A stretch of DNA of 64,000 bases from Thermodesulfovibrionales bacterium (GTDB lineage: Bacteria > Nitrospirota > Thermodesulfovibrionia > Thermodesulfovibrionales > Dissulfurispiraceae), in assembly GCA_026415695.1 (NCBI GenBank), contig JAOAGP010000064.1:368-64367 (forward strand), read 5' to 3'. Below are positions 52,389 through 60,491 of the stretch, piece after piece. Numbering within the stretch: the first letter of the stretch is position 1; every line of letters starts with the position of its first letter. Position numbers and translations under genes: made by a program. A model generated the notes under the pieces. It saw nothing but the letters and a program-made list of their open reading frames with translations, did no database searches and had not been told where the DNA came from.

Positions 52389-52586
52389 ATGGAATGCACA
52401 GCCGAAAAAAATAGAAAATACTGCAACTGCTCATATCCATCTTGTAGCAAAAAACTAAAGTGTTGTGACTGTTTACACTATCATCGTCTAAACGGTGAAC
52501 TTCCTGCATGCTTCTTCAACAACGAATACGAAAAGACCTACGACCGCTCAGTAAATAACTTTATCAGGATGAAGACCAAATCCTAA
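52389..52586 (+). CDS. Small Cys-rich protein (DUF6485-like)
   Basis: 65 aa with a CNCSYPSCSKKLKCCDCLHYH...LPACFF pattern. Confidence 0.55.
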   Translation: MECTAEKNRKYCNCSYPSCSKKLKCCDCLHYHRLNGELPACFFNNEYEKTYDRSVNNFIRMKTKS

Positions 52587-52588
52587 TC

Positions 52589-52671
52589 GCCGGTGTGGTG
52601 GAATGGCAGACGCGGCGGACTCAAAATCCGCTTTCCTTCGGGAAGTGAGAGTTCAAATCTCTCCACCGGCA
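52589..52671 (+). tRNA. tRNA-Leu (anticodon CAA)
   Basis: Acceptor GCCGGTG/CACCGGC plus A. Anticodon stem GCGGA/TCCGC with loop CTCAAAA. Long variable arm TTCCTTCGGGAAGT. T-arm GAGAG-TTCAAAT-CTCTC. Confidence 0.93.
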
Positions 52672-52676
52672 CTTCA

Positions 52677-53144
52677 TTAAGGCTCAATCTCAATCAATCT
52701 TGGGGTTATCCCTTTTTTACTCACTTGAACAATAGCCACTGATACTGGTTTGTGCGCCCTTTTATGCCCTGCACTTCCGGGATTTAAAAACAAAACCCCA
52801 TCTTTGTGTGTGATTTCAGGTGTATGTGTATGACCATGAATGACTATATGAATGTCAGCAGTGGATGGCACTACATCAAGCCACTCTAAATTGTGCACAA
52901 GATAGATATTGCATTCATGAAATGAAACCAATTTGGTTTTGGGATAGTTGTATCTAATGTTTATATTGTCAGTGTTACCATAAACCGCCACCGTATGGGC
53001 AATGTTGTTTAGTTCATGGATTACCCTTTCATCTCCTATATCACCTGCATGTAATATCAGATCCACGCCGTTAAAAATATCCTTTAAAACATCCCTAAAC
53101 AACCCATGAGTATCAGAGATTACTCCTATAGTCTTCACAGACAT
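52677..53144 (-). CDS. YfcE/MJ0936-family metallophosphoesterase
   Basis: ISDTHG, GDIGD, GNTD and GHTH motifs. Confidence 0.85.
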   Translation of the reverse strand: MSVKTIGVISDTHGLFRDVLKDIFNGVDLILHAGDIGDERVIHELNNIAHTVAVYGNTDNINIRYNYPKTKLVSFHECNIYLVHNLEWLDVVPSTADIHIVIHGHTHTPEITHKDGVLFLNPGSAGHKRAHKPVSVAIVQVSKKGITPRLIEIEP

Positions 53145-53160
53145 TCCACCACCTTGATAT

Positions 53161-53961
53161 TTAATCGGATAACTTTTTCCTCTTGTCCTTTACAAATACT
53201 ACCCTTGACTGCCCGTCAACGCCTGCTCTTTCCTCAATCTCAAATAAATCCGTCGCTCTGATGAGTTCCTTAAGTTTTTTGTAACCGTAGTTTCTGGGAT
53301 CAAAATCAGGTGATTGGTTTGATATATTCCTACCAACTACTGCAAGGTTTGCCCAACCAATATCATCAGACCCTGCATCTACAGCACCCCTTAAAAGATT
53401 CACAAGCCTTGTATCCATCTTGAGTTCTCTCGTGGTCTTTTTATTGACTGGTTGGCTGATGTCATCCTTTGCCCTTAAGACCTCTGTGTAGATAAACTTA
53501 TCGCATGCAGAGACAAATGCCTGTGGTGTCTTCTTTTCTCCAAAACCATATACGGTGATACCCTCTTCCCTTATACGAGATGCAAGTCTTGTGAAATCAC
53601 TATCACTGCTAACAAGGCAAAAGCCGTCAAACCTATTAGTATATAATAGATCCATAGCATCAATTATCATCGCATTATCGGTAGCATTCTTTCCTGTTGT
53701 ATAACTAAACTGTTGTATTGGCTGTATTGAGTATTGAAGCAAGACCTCTTTCCAACCTGCCAATCTTGGACTTGTCCAGTCTCCATATATCCTCTTAACA
53801 CTTGCTACTCCAAACTTAGCAATCTCACTCATCAAGCCTTCTATTATAGAGGGTTGTGCATTGTCTGCATCTATCAATACAGCGAGTCGTGGTTGAGATT
53901 CTTTTATCTCTCCATCAAGCACCTGTGATGGTCTTACAACCATGTTTTTCCTGATTGCCAT
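53161..53961 (-). CDS. NYN (LabA-like) ribonuclease-domain protein with a C-terminal OST-HTH/LOTUS domain
   Basis: AVLIDADNA...KNATDNAMIIDAMDL...LVSSDSDFTRLASRIRE (NYN acidic residues), then a C-terminal ~70 aa LOTUS-like region (GWANLAVVGRNI...YGYKKLKELI). Confidence 0.8.
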   Translation of the reverse strand: MAIRKNMVVRPSQVLDGEIKESQPRLAVLIDADNAQPSIIEGLMSEIAKFGVASVKRIYGDWTSPRLAGWKEVLLQYSIQPIQQFSYTTGKNATDNAMIIDAMDLLYTNRFDGFCLVSSDSDFTRLASRIREEGITVYGFGEKKTPQAFVSACDKFIYTEVLRAKDDISQPVNKKTTRELKMDTRLVNLLRGAVDAGSDDIGWANLAVVGRNISNQSPDFDPRNYGYKKLKELIRATDLFEIEERAGVDGQSRVVFVKDKRKKLSD

Positions 53962-53981
53962 TTCATTACCTCCAAATATTC

Positions 53982-54638
53982 TTACCTTGACCTATTTACC
54001 CCAATCCTCTTGCAAAAAAGAGAGATACTACACCTTGAGCAAACAGGTGAAACAGGTTTGCAGATATTTTGACCAAAAGACACAAGATATCCATTAACCT
54101 CCTTCCAGATTTTTTTAGGAATAACCTTACTTAATGCAAACTCTGTATCTTTGGGTGTTTTTGTGTTTATTAATCCCCACCTGTTAGGGATCCTGTGGAC
54201 ATGGGTATCCACGCATATTGCATCTTGCCCATAACCTAAACTTAAGACCAGATTTGCAGTCTTTCTTCCAACACCCTTCAGTTTAAGAAGGCTATCAATT
54301 GTATTTGGCACTTGTCCATTGTAATCTTTGATTATGACATCACAGATTTCCTTGATAACCTTTGCCTTCCTTTTATAAAAACCTGTCGGATAGATTAATC
54401 TTTCAATATCTCTTTCAGACATCCTTGATAAATCATTTATGTCTTTTGCCACAGCAAACAACCTTTCAGATACCATCTCAGTAACATTGTCCTTTGTTCT
54501 AAGACTGATAATACAGGATATCAACACCCTAAAGGGATCCTTCTTTTCCTTTGCATCAGCCTCAACCCATGGGATATCAAAACCTTTTACCTGTTGTTTT
54601 AGAATACCCCAAGCATTTATAAAGTCTTTTTTTGTCAT
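53982..54638 (-). CDS. nth: Endonuclease III
   Basis: HhH (LLKLKGVGRKTANLVL), the catalytic Lys/Asp region (VDTHVHR) and a complete C-x6-C-x2-C-x5-C cluster loop (CKPVSPVCSRCSISLFC). Confidence 0.92.
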   Translation of the reverse strand: MTKKDFINAWGILKQQVKGFDIPWVEADAKEKKDPFRVLISCIISLRTKDNVTEMVSERLFAVAKDINDLSRMSERDIERLIYPTGFYKRKAKVIKEICDVIIKDYNGQVPNTIDSLLKLKGVGRKTANLVLSLGYGQDAICVDTHVHRIPNRWGLINTKTPKDTEFALSKVIPKKIWKEVNGYLVSFGQNICKPVSPVCSRCSISLFCKRIGVNRSR

Positions 54639-54826
54639 GGTTCATAGGTGATTGCCTCTACAGGACAGTTTTCTGCTGCAGCCTCACAACAACCTGCATA
54701 CTCACATCCATCAGCATCAACGATGGTTGACTGCCCAAGTTCCTCATCTACATGAAACACCGTAGGGCATATCTCCTCACATCTACCACAACCAATACAT
54801 CTTTCAACATCAATCTCAAGTATCAT
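54635..54826 (-). CDS. Small single-cluster ferredoxin
   Basis: CIGCGRCEEICP plus distal Cys. Start refined to MILEID (54826), preceded by AGGAGAA. The stop overlaps the nth start (ATGA). Confidence 0.8.
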   Translation of the reverse strand: MILEIDVERCIGCGRCEEICPTVFHVDEELGQSTIVDADGCEYAGCCEAAAENCPVEAITYEP

Positions 54827-54941
54827 GGTTTTCTCCTGAAGATTTTTTATGACCTGATGATTATTATACAATTTATCAAGATAAAATTAGAGACAGATAT
54901 GATAATAACTGAAAACAGTCAGTTGTTAATATTTTTATAAC

Positions 54942-54970
54942 TTGACACTTTGCCTTGTGATGCTTAATCT
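54942..54970 (+). promoter_or_regulatory. Candidate sigma-70 promoter of the fprA-rbr cluster
   Basis: TTGACA (54942-54947), a 17-nt spacer, then TAATCT (54965-54970), 38 nt upstream of the fprA ATG. Confidence 0.4.
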
Positions 54971-55008
54971 ATTATCTCACATCTAAACATAAACAGGAGG
55001 CAATTATT

Positions 55009-56223
55009 ATGAATTCAGTTGAGGTAAGAAATGGCATATATTGGGTAGGAGCAATTGACTGGGCTGTAAGAGACTTTCATGGTTATATCACTCCAAGCGG
55101 CACTACCTACAACAACTATTTGATTTTGGACAAGGAGATAACCCTTCTTGATACTGTCAAACACGACTTTTCTGAGATTACCATCAAAAACATAAAATCG
55201 TTGGTAAATCCAAATGATATCAAACATGTTGTCATAAACCACATTGAAAACGACCATGTAACAAGCCTTGAGGATATAATGCATCTGACTCCTAAGGCTA
55301 CAATCTACATTACTGAAAAAGGCAAAAAGGGACTTGAAAAGTTTTTTGATATATCAAAATGGGATATCAAGGTTGTAAAGACTGGTGATACACTAAATAT
55401 TGGTAGTAAAACATTACTCTTTCTTGAGACCCCCATGCTACATTGGCCTGACTCAATGATGACATACATCAAGGAAGACAAGGTATTGATAAGCCAAGAT
55501 GCCTTTGGTCAGCACATCGCATCTTCTGTAAGGTTTGATGATGAACTTATAACATGTGAGTCTATGACATTCCTTGAGGAAGGCGTTATAGATTATTATG
55601 CAAACATATTAATGCCCTTTGGACAACTCATAAAAAATAAGATCTCGGACATACAAAAGTTAGGACTTGAGATAGAAATCATAGCACCAGATCACGGTAT
55701 TATCTGGCGTAATAATCCTAACAAGGTAATCCAGATGTATTTGGATATGGCAAATGGTAAAGCAGAGGATGCAGTTGCAATAGTGTATGACACAATGTGG
55801 CATAGCACAGAGATGATGACATTACCAATCATGCAGGCTATCAAAGACGAGGGATTAAAATGCAAGGTAATTAAGTTGAGGTCAACGCCCATGAGTGTGG
55901 CAATAAAAGAGTTTTGGAAATCAAGGGGTTTACTTGTTGGCACACCAACATTAAACAATATCATGTTTCCCTCGGTTGCAGAGTTCCTAACTCATCTACG
56001 AGGGCTGAGACCAAAAAACAGGATAGCAGGAGCCTTTGGAAGTTTTGGCTGGAGCGGTGGCGCTGTGAAAGAGGCATATGACGAGTTTAAAAGGATGGGA
56101 CTTGAGATCTACGAGCCGGGCTTACAGGTTCTTTACAGACCTTCTGGCGAGGATGAGAAAAAGTGTTATGAATTTGGAAAGGCATTTGCCCAGAAGGTCA
56201 AGGAATATCACAAAAAATTTTAA
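55009..56223 (+). CDS. Flavodiiron protein (FprA-type O2/NO reductase)
   Basis: Metallo-beta-lactamase-like diiron motif INHIENDH plus a C-terminal flavodoxin domain. 404 aa. AGGAGG RBS. Confidence 0.9.
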   Translation: MNSVEVRNGIYWVGAIDWAVRDFHGYITPSGTTYNNYLILDKEITLLDTVKHDFSEITIKNIKSLVNPNDIKHVVINHIENDHVTSLEDIMHLTPKATIYITEKGKKGLEKFFDISKWDIKVVKTGDTLNIGSKTLLFLETPMLHWPDSMMTYIKEDKVLISQDAFGQHIASSVRFDDELITCESMTFLEEGVIDYYANILMPFGQLIKNKISDIQKLGLEIEIIAPDHGIIWRNNPNKVIQMYLDMANGKAEDAVAIVYDTMWHSTEMMTLPIMQAIKDEGLKCKVIKLRSTPMSVAIKEFWKSRGLLVGTPTLNNIMFPSVAEFLTHLRGLRPKNRIAGAFGSFGWSGGAVKEAYDEFKRMGLEIYEPGLQVLYRPSGEDEKKCYEFGKAFAQKVKEYHKKF

Positions 56224-56238
56224 AAAGGAGGTAAAAAG

Positions 56239-56733
56239 ATGAGTCAAACACTCAAAGACTTACAAGAGGCATTTGCAGGAGAATCACAGGCAAACAGGAA
56301 GTATTTAGCCTTTGCTAAGAAGGCTGAAGAGGAAGGTTATCCACAAATAGCAAAACTCTTTAGGGCAGCTGCTGAGGCAGAGACAGTGCATGCACACAAT
56401 CATCTTAGGGCTATGGGAGGTATTAAATCCACTAAAGAAAACCTTGAGTCGGCTATCAAGGGGGAAACCTACGAGTTTGAAAGTATGTATCCACCTTTTA
56501 TAGCAAATGCTAAAGTTGAAGGCAAGACCGATGCTGAAAGGAGTTTTATTTGGGCAAATGAGGTCGAAAAGATACATGCAAGACTCTACAAGAAGGCATT
56601 AGATGAGATTGGAAAGAATGCATCTGTAGATTATTATGTATGTGGTCTGTGCGGAAATACCGTTGAGGGTGAGCCACCTGATAAGTGCCCAATATGCGGT
56701 GCAAGTAAACAGAGATTTAAAAAGATTGATTAG
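56239..56733 (+). CDS. rbr: Rubrerythrin
   Basis: Diiron four-helix-bundle motifs (ESQANRKY, EAETVHAHNH, E..H) and a C-terminal rubredoxin CGLCGN...CPICG. Confidence 0.93.
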   Translation: MSQTLKDLQEAFAGESQANRKYLAFAKKAEEEGYPQIAKLFRAAAEAETVHAHNHLRAMGGIKSTKENLESAIKGETYEFESMYPPFIANAKVEGKTDAERSFIWANEVEKIHARLYKKALDEIGKNASVDYYVCGLCGNTVEGEPPDKCPICGASKQRFKKID

Positions 56734-56870
56734 AAAATGGTAAGGCTCAACTACTAACTCATCTTCCCTATCTTAGTAATTTAAAAATAAGCGAGGGGAT
56801 GTTAGGATTAGGTTTTGCAGTAAACTAATTAACATCCCTTCATTACTAACATCAATGGGGTGATTTTAAG

Positions 56871-58391
56871 ATGCAAGTAAAATTAAAGAAGGGAGACCGA
56901 TTTGTATTTTATTTCAGGACAGTGCCTGTATGTGTTTTATTAGTAGTATTTATGCTTGGCACAAGTGGTTTTGCATCCGCAAAACAGATTAGTCAGGAAA
57001 CTTCTGCATGTTTAAGTTGTCACGAGATGGTAACCCCTGGTATCGTCAAGGATTGGAGAACAAGCCTACATTCAAATATCACCCCTTCAGATGCTTTTAA
57101 AAAACCAGAGTTAACAAGAATGGTATCCACCCAAGATATCAACAAAAAATTAGCATCAGTGGTAGTGGGTTGTTATGAATGTCATGGCTTAAATAAACAG
57201 TCTCACAAGGACAACTTTGAACACAACGGTTTTAAGATAAACATTGTTGTATCACCCAAAGACTGTGCAACCTGTCATCTTGATGAGGTTACGCAATATT
57301 CTAACAGTAAGAAGGCTCATGCAATAAAAAACCTTGTCCAAAATCCCGTTTACAGTCAGTTAATAGATGCAACCATAAGCCAAAAGATATTAGACAAAGG
57401 TATCTTGAAGTCATCTAAGCCAACAACATCCACACAGAAGGAAACCTGTTTAGGATGTCACGGAACAAGTGTAAAGGTAGAAGGAATAAGGGATAAAAAA
57501 ACCCAGATGGGCGATATGAGATTCCCAGTATTATCTGGTTGGCCCAATGTAGCGGTGGGGAGAGAAAACCCAGATGGTTCATTAGGAGCATGCACATCTT
57601 GCCATCCAAGGCATTCTTTCAGTATCGAGATTGCCCGCAAGCCATATACTTGTGCACAATGCCATTTAGACCCCGATGTGCCAGCATGGAATGTCTATAA
57701 AGAGAGCAAACATGGTAATATCTACTTTTCAAAATGGCATGAGTGGGATTTTAAGAACCCAAGTTGGACATTAGGAAAAGACTTCAAGGCACCCACCTGT
57801 GCAACCTGTCACAACAGTCAGGTTGTTTCCCCTGATGGAAACACCATAGCAAAACGAACACATGATTTTGGCTCAAGACTTTGGGTAAGGCTTTTTGGTC
57901 TCATCTACAGTCATCCACAACCAAAACATGGTGATACAACAAAAATAAGGAATAAAGACGGATTGCCCTTACCAACAACTCTTACTGGTGCCTATGCATC
58001 AGATGGTCTCATTTCAAAAGACGAACAGCAAAGAAGATTATCTGCGATGAAGACAATATGTAATGGATGTCATAGTGAGAATTGGGTAGATGGGCATTTT
58101 CAAAAACTCCACAACACAATAAAAGAAACTGACAGTATGGTCTATACCTCTACAATGTTGATGATGGATGTTTGGAAATCAAAGGTGGAGGATAAAACAA
58201 ACCTTTTTGATGAAAGTATTGAAAAGATGTGGGTAAGGCAGTGGCTTTTTTATGCAAACTCTATACGATATGCATCAGCAATGACAGGTGCACCTGATTA
58301 CGCAACATTTAAAAACGGCTGGTGGAACATGAACGAAACACTACAACATATGAATGACTGGTTTAAATTTAAAAGGCAGACAAGAAGATGA
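56871..58391 (+). CDS. Octaheme c-type cytochrome of the hydroxylamine-oxidoreductase (HAO)-like family
   Basis: N-terminal signal/anchor. Eight CxxCH motifs (CLSCH, CYECH, CATCH, CLGCH, CTSCH, CAQCH, CATCH, CNGCH). HAO-like contexts GACTSCHPRHSF and KPYTCAQCH...YKESKHG. Confidence 0.8.
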   Translation: MQVKLKKGDRFVFYFRTVPVCVLLVVFMLGTSGFASAKQISQETSACLSCHEMVTPGIVKDWRTSLHSNITPSDAFKKPELTRMVSTQDINKKLASVVVGCYECHGLNKQSHKDNFEHNGFKINIVVSPKDCATCHLDEVTQYSNSKKAHAIKNLVQNPVYSQLIDATISQKILDKGILKSSKPTTSTQKETCLGCHGTSVKVEGIRDKKTQMGDMRFPVLSGWPNVAVGRENPDGSLGACTSCHPRHSFSIEIARKPYTCAQCHLDPDVPAWNVYKESKHGNIYFSKWHEWDFKNPSWTLGKDFKAPTCATCHNSQVVSPDGNTIAKRTHDFGSRLWVRLFGLIYSHPQPKHGDTTKIRNKDGLPLPTTLTGAYASDGLISKDEQQRRLSAMKTICNGCHSENWVDGHFQKLHNTIKETDSMVYTSTMLMMDVWKSKVEDKTNLFDESIEKMWVRQWLFYANSIRYASAMTGAPDYATFKNGWWNMNETLQHMNDWFKFKRQTRR

Positions 58392-58981
58392 GGATAGTCG
58401 CATTTAACGGCAGCCCTCGTATCAACGGTAATATAGACATACTTTTAAGTGAGAGCCTTAAGGAAATAGACCTCTCTGTGCATGAGGTAATAAGGTATGA
58501 CTTAAACAAGATGAAGATTACCCCATGCCAAGACTGTGGAGGCTGCGACAAGACAGGCAAGTGCATCATTGATGATGATATGGGGAAGATCTATGATGCA
58601 ATCAGATTTGCTGATAGGGTAATAGTTGCCACTCCTATATTCTTCTTTTCGGTTAGTGCACAGACAAAGGCTATGATTGACAGGTGTCAGGCGCTATGGT
58701 GTGAGAGATACTTACTTAAAAGGGATATTTCAGATAGGGGATTTGGCAGAAAAGGATTATTATTGTTAGTTGGTGGCATGAAAAAGGAGATTGGAGCAAA
58801 CTGCGCTGACGCCTGCGTAAAGGCATTTTTTAGAACAATAAGCGTCCCAAAACATGAGACAGTAAATTGTTTAGGAGTGGACGAAAAAGGGGCGATACTA
58901 AAACATCCAGATTATATTTATATGGCAAGAAACGCTGTAAAAAGGCTATTGCTCAATAACAATGCGAGAGAGGGGAGTTGA
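58388..58981 (+). CDS. Iron-sulfur flavoprotein (NADPH-dependent FMN reductase fold)
   Basis: FNGSPRINGN flavodoxin-like motif and the Isf cluster motif CQDCGGCDKTGKC (C-x2-C-x2-C-x5-C). ATGA overlap with the cytochrome gene stop. Confidence 0.8.
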   Translation: MRIVAFNGSPRINGNIDILLSESLKEIDLSVHEVIRYDLNKMKITPCQDCGGCDKTGKCIIDDDMGKIYDAIRFADRVIVATPIFFFSVSAQTKAMIDRCQALWCERYLLKRDISDRGFGRKGLLLLVGGMKKEIGANCADACVKAFFRTISVPKHETVNCLGVDEKGAILKHPDYIYMARNAVKRLLLNNNAREGS

Positions 58982-59044
58982 ACCCCTACGGTGTTACCCG
59001 CCAGATCCTAAGTCTGGTGCGTCTGCCAGTTCCGCCACTCTCGC
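58963..59044 (-). tRNA. tRNA-Leu (anticodon TAG)
   Basis: Reverse complement reads GCGAGAG...CCAGA-CTTAGGA-TCTGG...AGGGG-TTCAACT-CCCCT-CTCTCGC-A. Long variable arm. Confidence 0.92.
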
Positions 59045-59198
59045 TAATTTAAACCTCAACAACGAATACAAATTTTACCACATCCAAATACAAACTATCA
59101 AAAAGCCATAAAATATGAGCAAGTGAGCAGGATTGTCTTTTAAAGATTGAATTGTTGTCAGTGTTTTCAAAAAGGAAAGGGTGCAAAAAAATATAATA

Positions 59199-60155
59199 CT
59201 AATTCTTTAAGATAGTATTTATCTTCCCCAATCCAAATGCAGTTCCTTTCCCAATGTGTAGCACTTCAACTGCTTTTATTATAGGCATAAAATATGACAA
59301 ATTTCCCTTATATTTTATTTCTCCTACTACTCCTCCAAATTTCATTGTGGTTTTTTGACGGTTTGAATACCTCTGCAGGTCAAACCATCGGGTTTTATCC
59401 TCTACAATCTGTATAGATTGAGCATTATTTATAATTGTTTTATGATCCCACCTTGGTGGAGGATTAAAACAGTGTGCAGTGCTTAAAAGACAAAGCCTCC
59501 TTAAGGCATTTTTTATTAATGTTGAAAAATCAATCCTTACCACTAAATCCCGGTTTGATTTCAATCTTGTCGGTGTAACAAATTTAATCACCAAATCTTG
59601 CTCTTTGTATCCTGTATCCATTGTGGTTAAAGAGTCCTCATCTATTTCAAGAAGATGACTGACTGTATTTATGATGTTCTTATCAGTATGTTTGTATATC
59701 TGTTTGTCATCAGACAACACCTCTTTTAACAAATATCTGCCTCGTTGCTTACCAACTCCTATCTCGCCAAGGATGTCAAAGGTGTATATAAAATATGGTA
59801 AATACTCAACCGCCCTTCCTATAAGAATGAGATGAAAAGATAGTTCTTCACCCTTTTCATATTTTCTTTTCTCTGATATGTCAGGCTCAATAACAAAAGG
59901 GTGTGGTATCTTTTCTGTTGCTGGTATATTACTTTGAGTTAGTTTTGCACTTTCAACAGATGTTTCAAATATATATGAATAGATACAGTTTTTCTTCAGA
60001 AGACAATCCCCACAATCATGTTTCTTTAAAGCACATACCACTTTTTTGAAGGCATTGCCAAATCCACCCCTTAATGTTGAGCCTTTAAAAGAAGGTAAAA
60101 ACAGATCATCAACAGCCACAAAGGTAAGTCTGTATTTTTGATATGCAATCTTCAT
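59199..60155 (-). CDS. cas6: Cas6-type RAMP endoribonuclease (Cys-motif Cas6 family), apparently solitary
   Basis: N-terminus LPSFKGSTLRGGFGNAFKKVVCALKKHDCGDCLLKKNCIYSYIFE. C-terminal glycine-rich loop VLHIGKGTAFGLGKI, typical of Cas6. No SD sequence seen. Confidence 0.6.
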   Translation of the reverse strand: MKIAYQKYRLTFVAVDDLFLPSFKGSTLRGGFGNAFKKVVCALKKHDCGDCLLKKNCIYSYIFETSVESAKLTQSNIPATEKIPHPFVIEPDISEKRKYEKGEELSFHLILIGRAVEYLPYFIYTFDILGEIGVGKQRGRYLLKEVLSDDKQIYKHTDKNIINTVSHLLEIDEDSLTTMDTGYKEQDLVIKFVTPTRLKSNRDLVVRIDFSTLIKNALRRLCLLSTAHCFNPPPRWDHKTIINNAQSIQIVEDKTRWFDLQRYSNRQKTTMKFGGVVGEIKYKGNLSYFMPIIKAVEVLHIGKGTAFGLGKINTILKN

Positions 60156-60491
60156 AATTTAGATTTTAAAAAAAATATTTCATAGTAGTTGATCAAATTT
60201 GGCATAAAAAATTAGCGTCTTAAGACTATCATTGCAAAAAATTATATCCCAAGATATTAAAACATTTCATTTAAAGAAGTATATATCTGCTTCTATAATA
60301 AAACAAATTGTAGTAGTAGTAACAATCACATATGCCTACAAATCTTTTTATTCCAACCTTTAAATTATTGCCTTAAGTCTATATCTTTTAGCCTAAATTA
60401 ATATTATCCTACCAAACACCGATGGGTTATTCAAAGGGAAATCAAGTATGATAAGCTTCTATTTGTAAAATTAAGAAAAGAGGTAAAAGAT

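Noticed and set aside
56794-56840. 11-bp stem (AGGGGATGTTA / TAACATCCCTT, with one G-U pair) and a 25-nt loop after rubrerythrin, as a terminator or riboregulator.
   Set aside because: The loop is long, there is no U-tract, and I recognise no known RNA motif. It is noted but there is not enough evidence to call a feature.
56957-56975. TGGCAC...TTGCA resembling a sigma-54 -24/-12 promoter.
   Set aside because: The GG-to-GC spacing is 15 nt instead of the required 12, and the element lies inside the octaheme cytochrome coding sequence.
59045-60491. Possible CRISPR array or leader flanking the cas6-like gene.
   Set aside because: Reading both flanks (59045-59198 and 60156-60491) I could not find any unit of 24 nt or more repeated at regular spacing. 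This is reported only as an AT-rich gap, not as a CRISPR feature.
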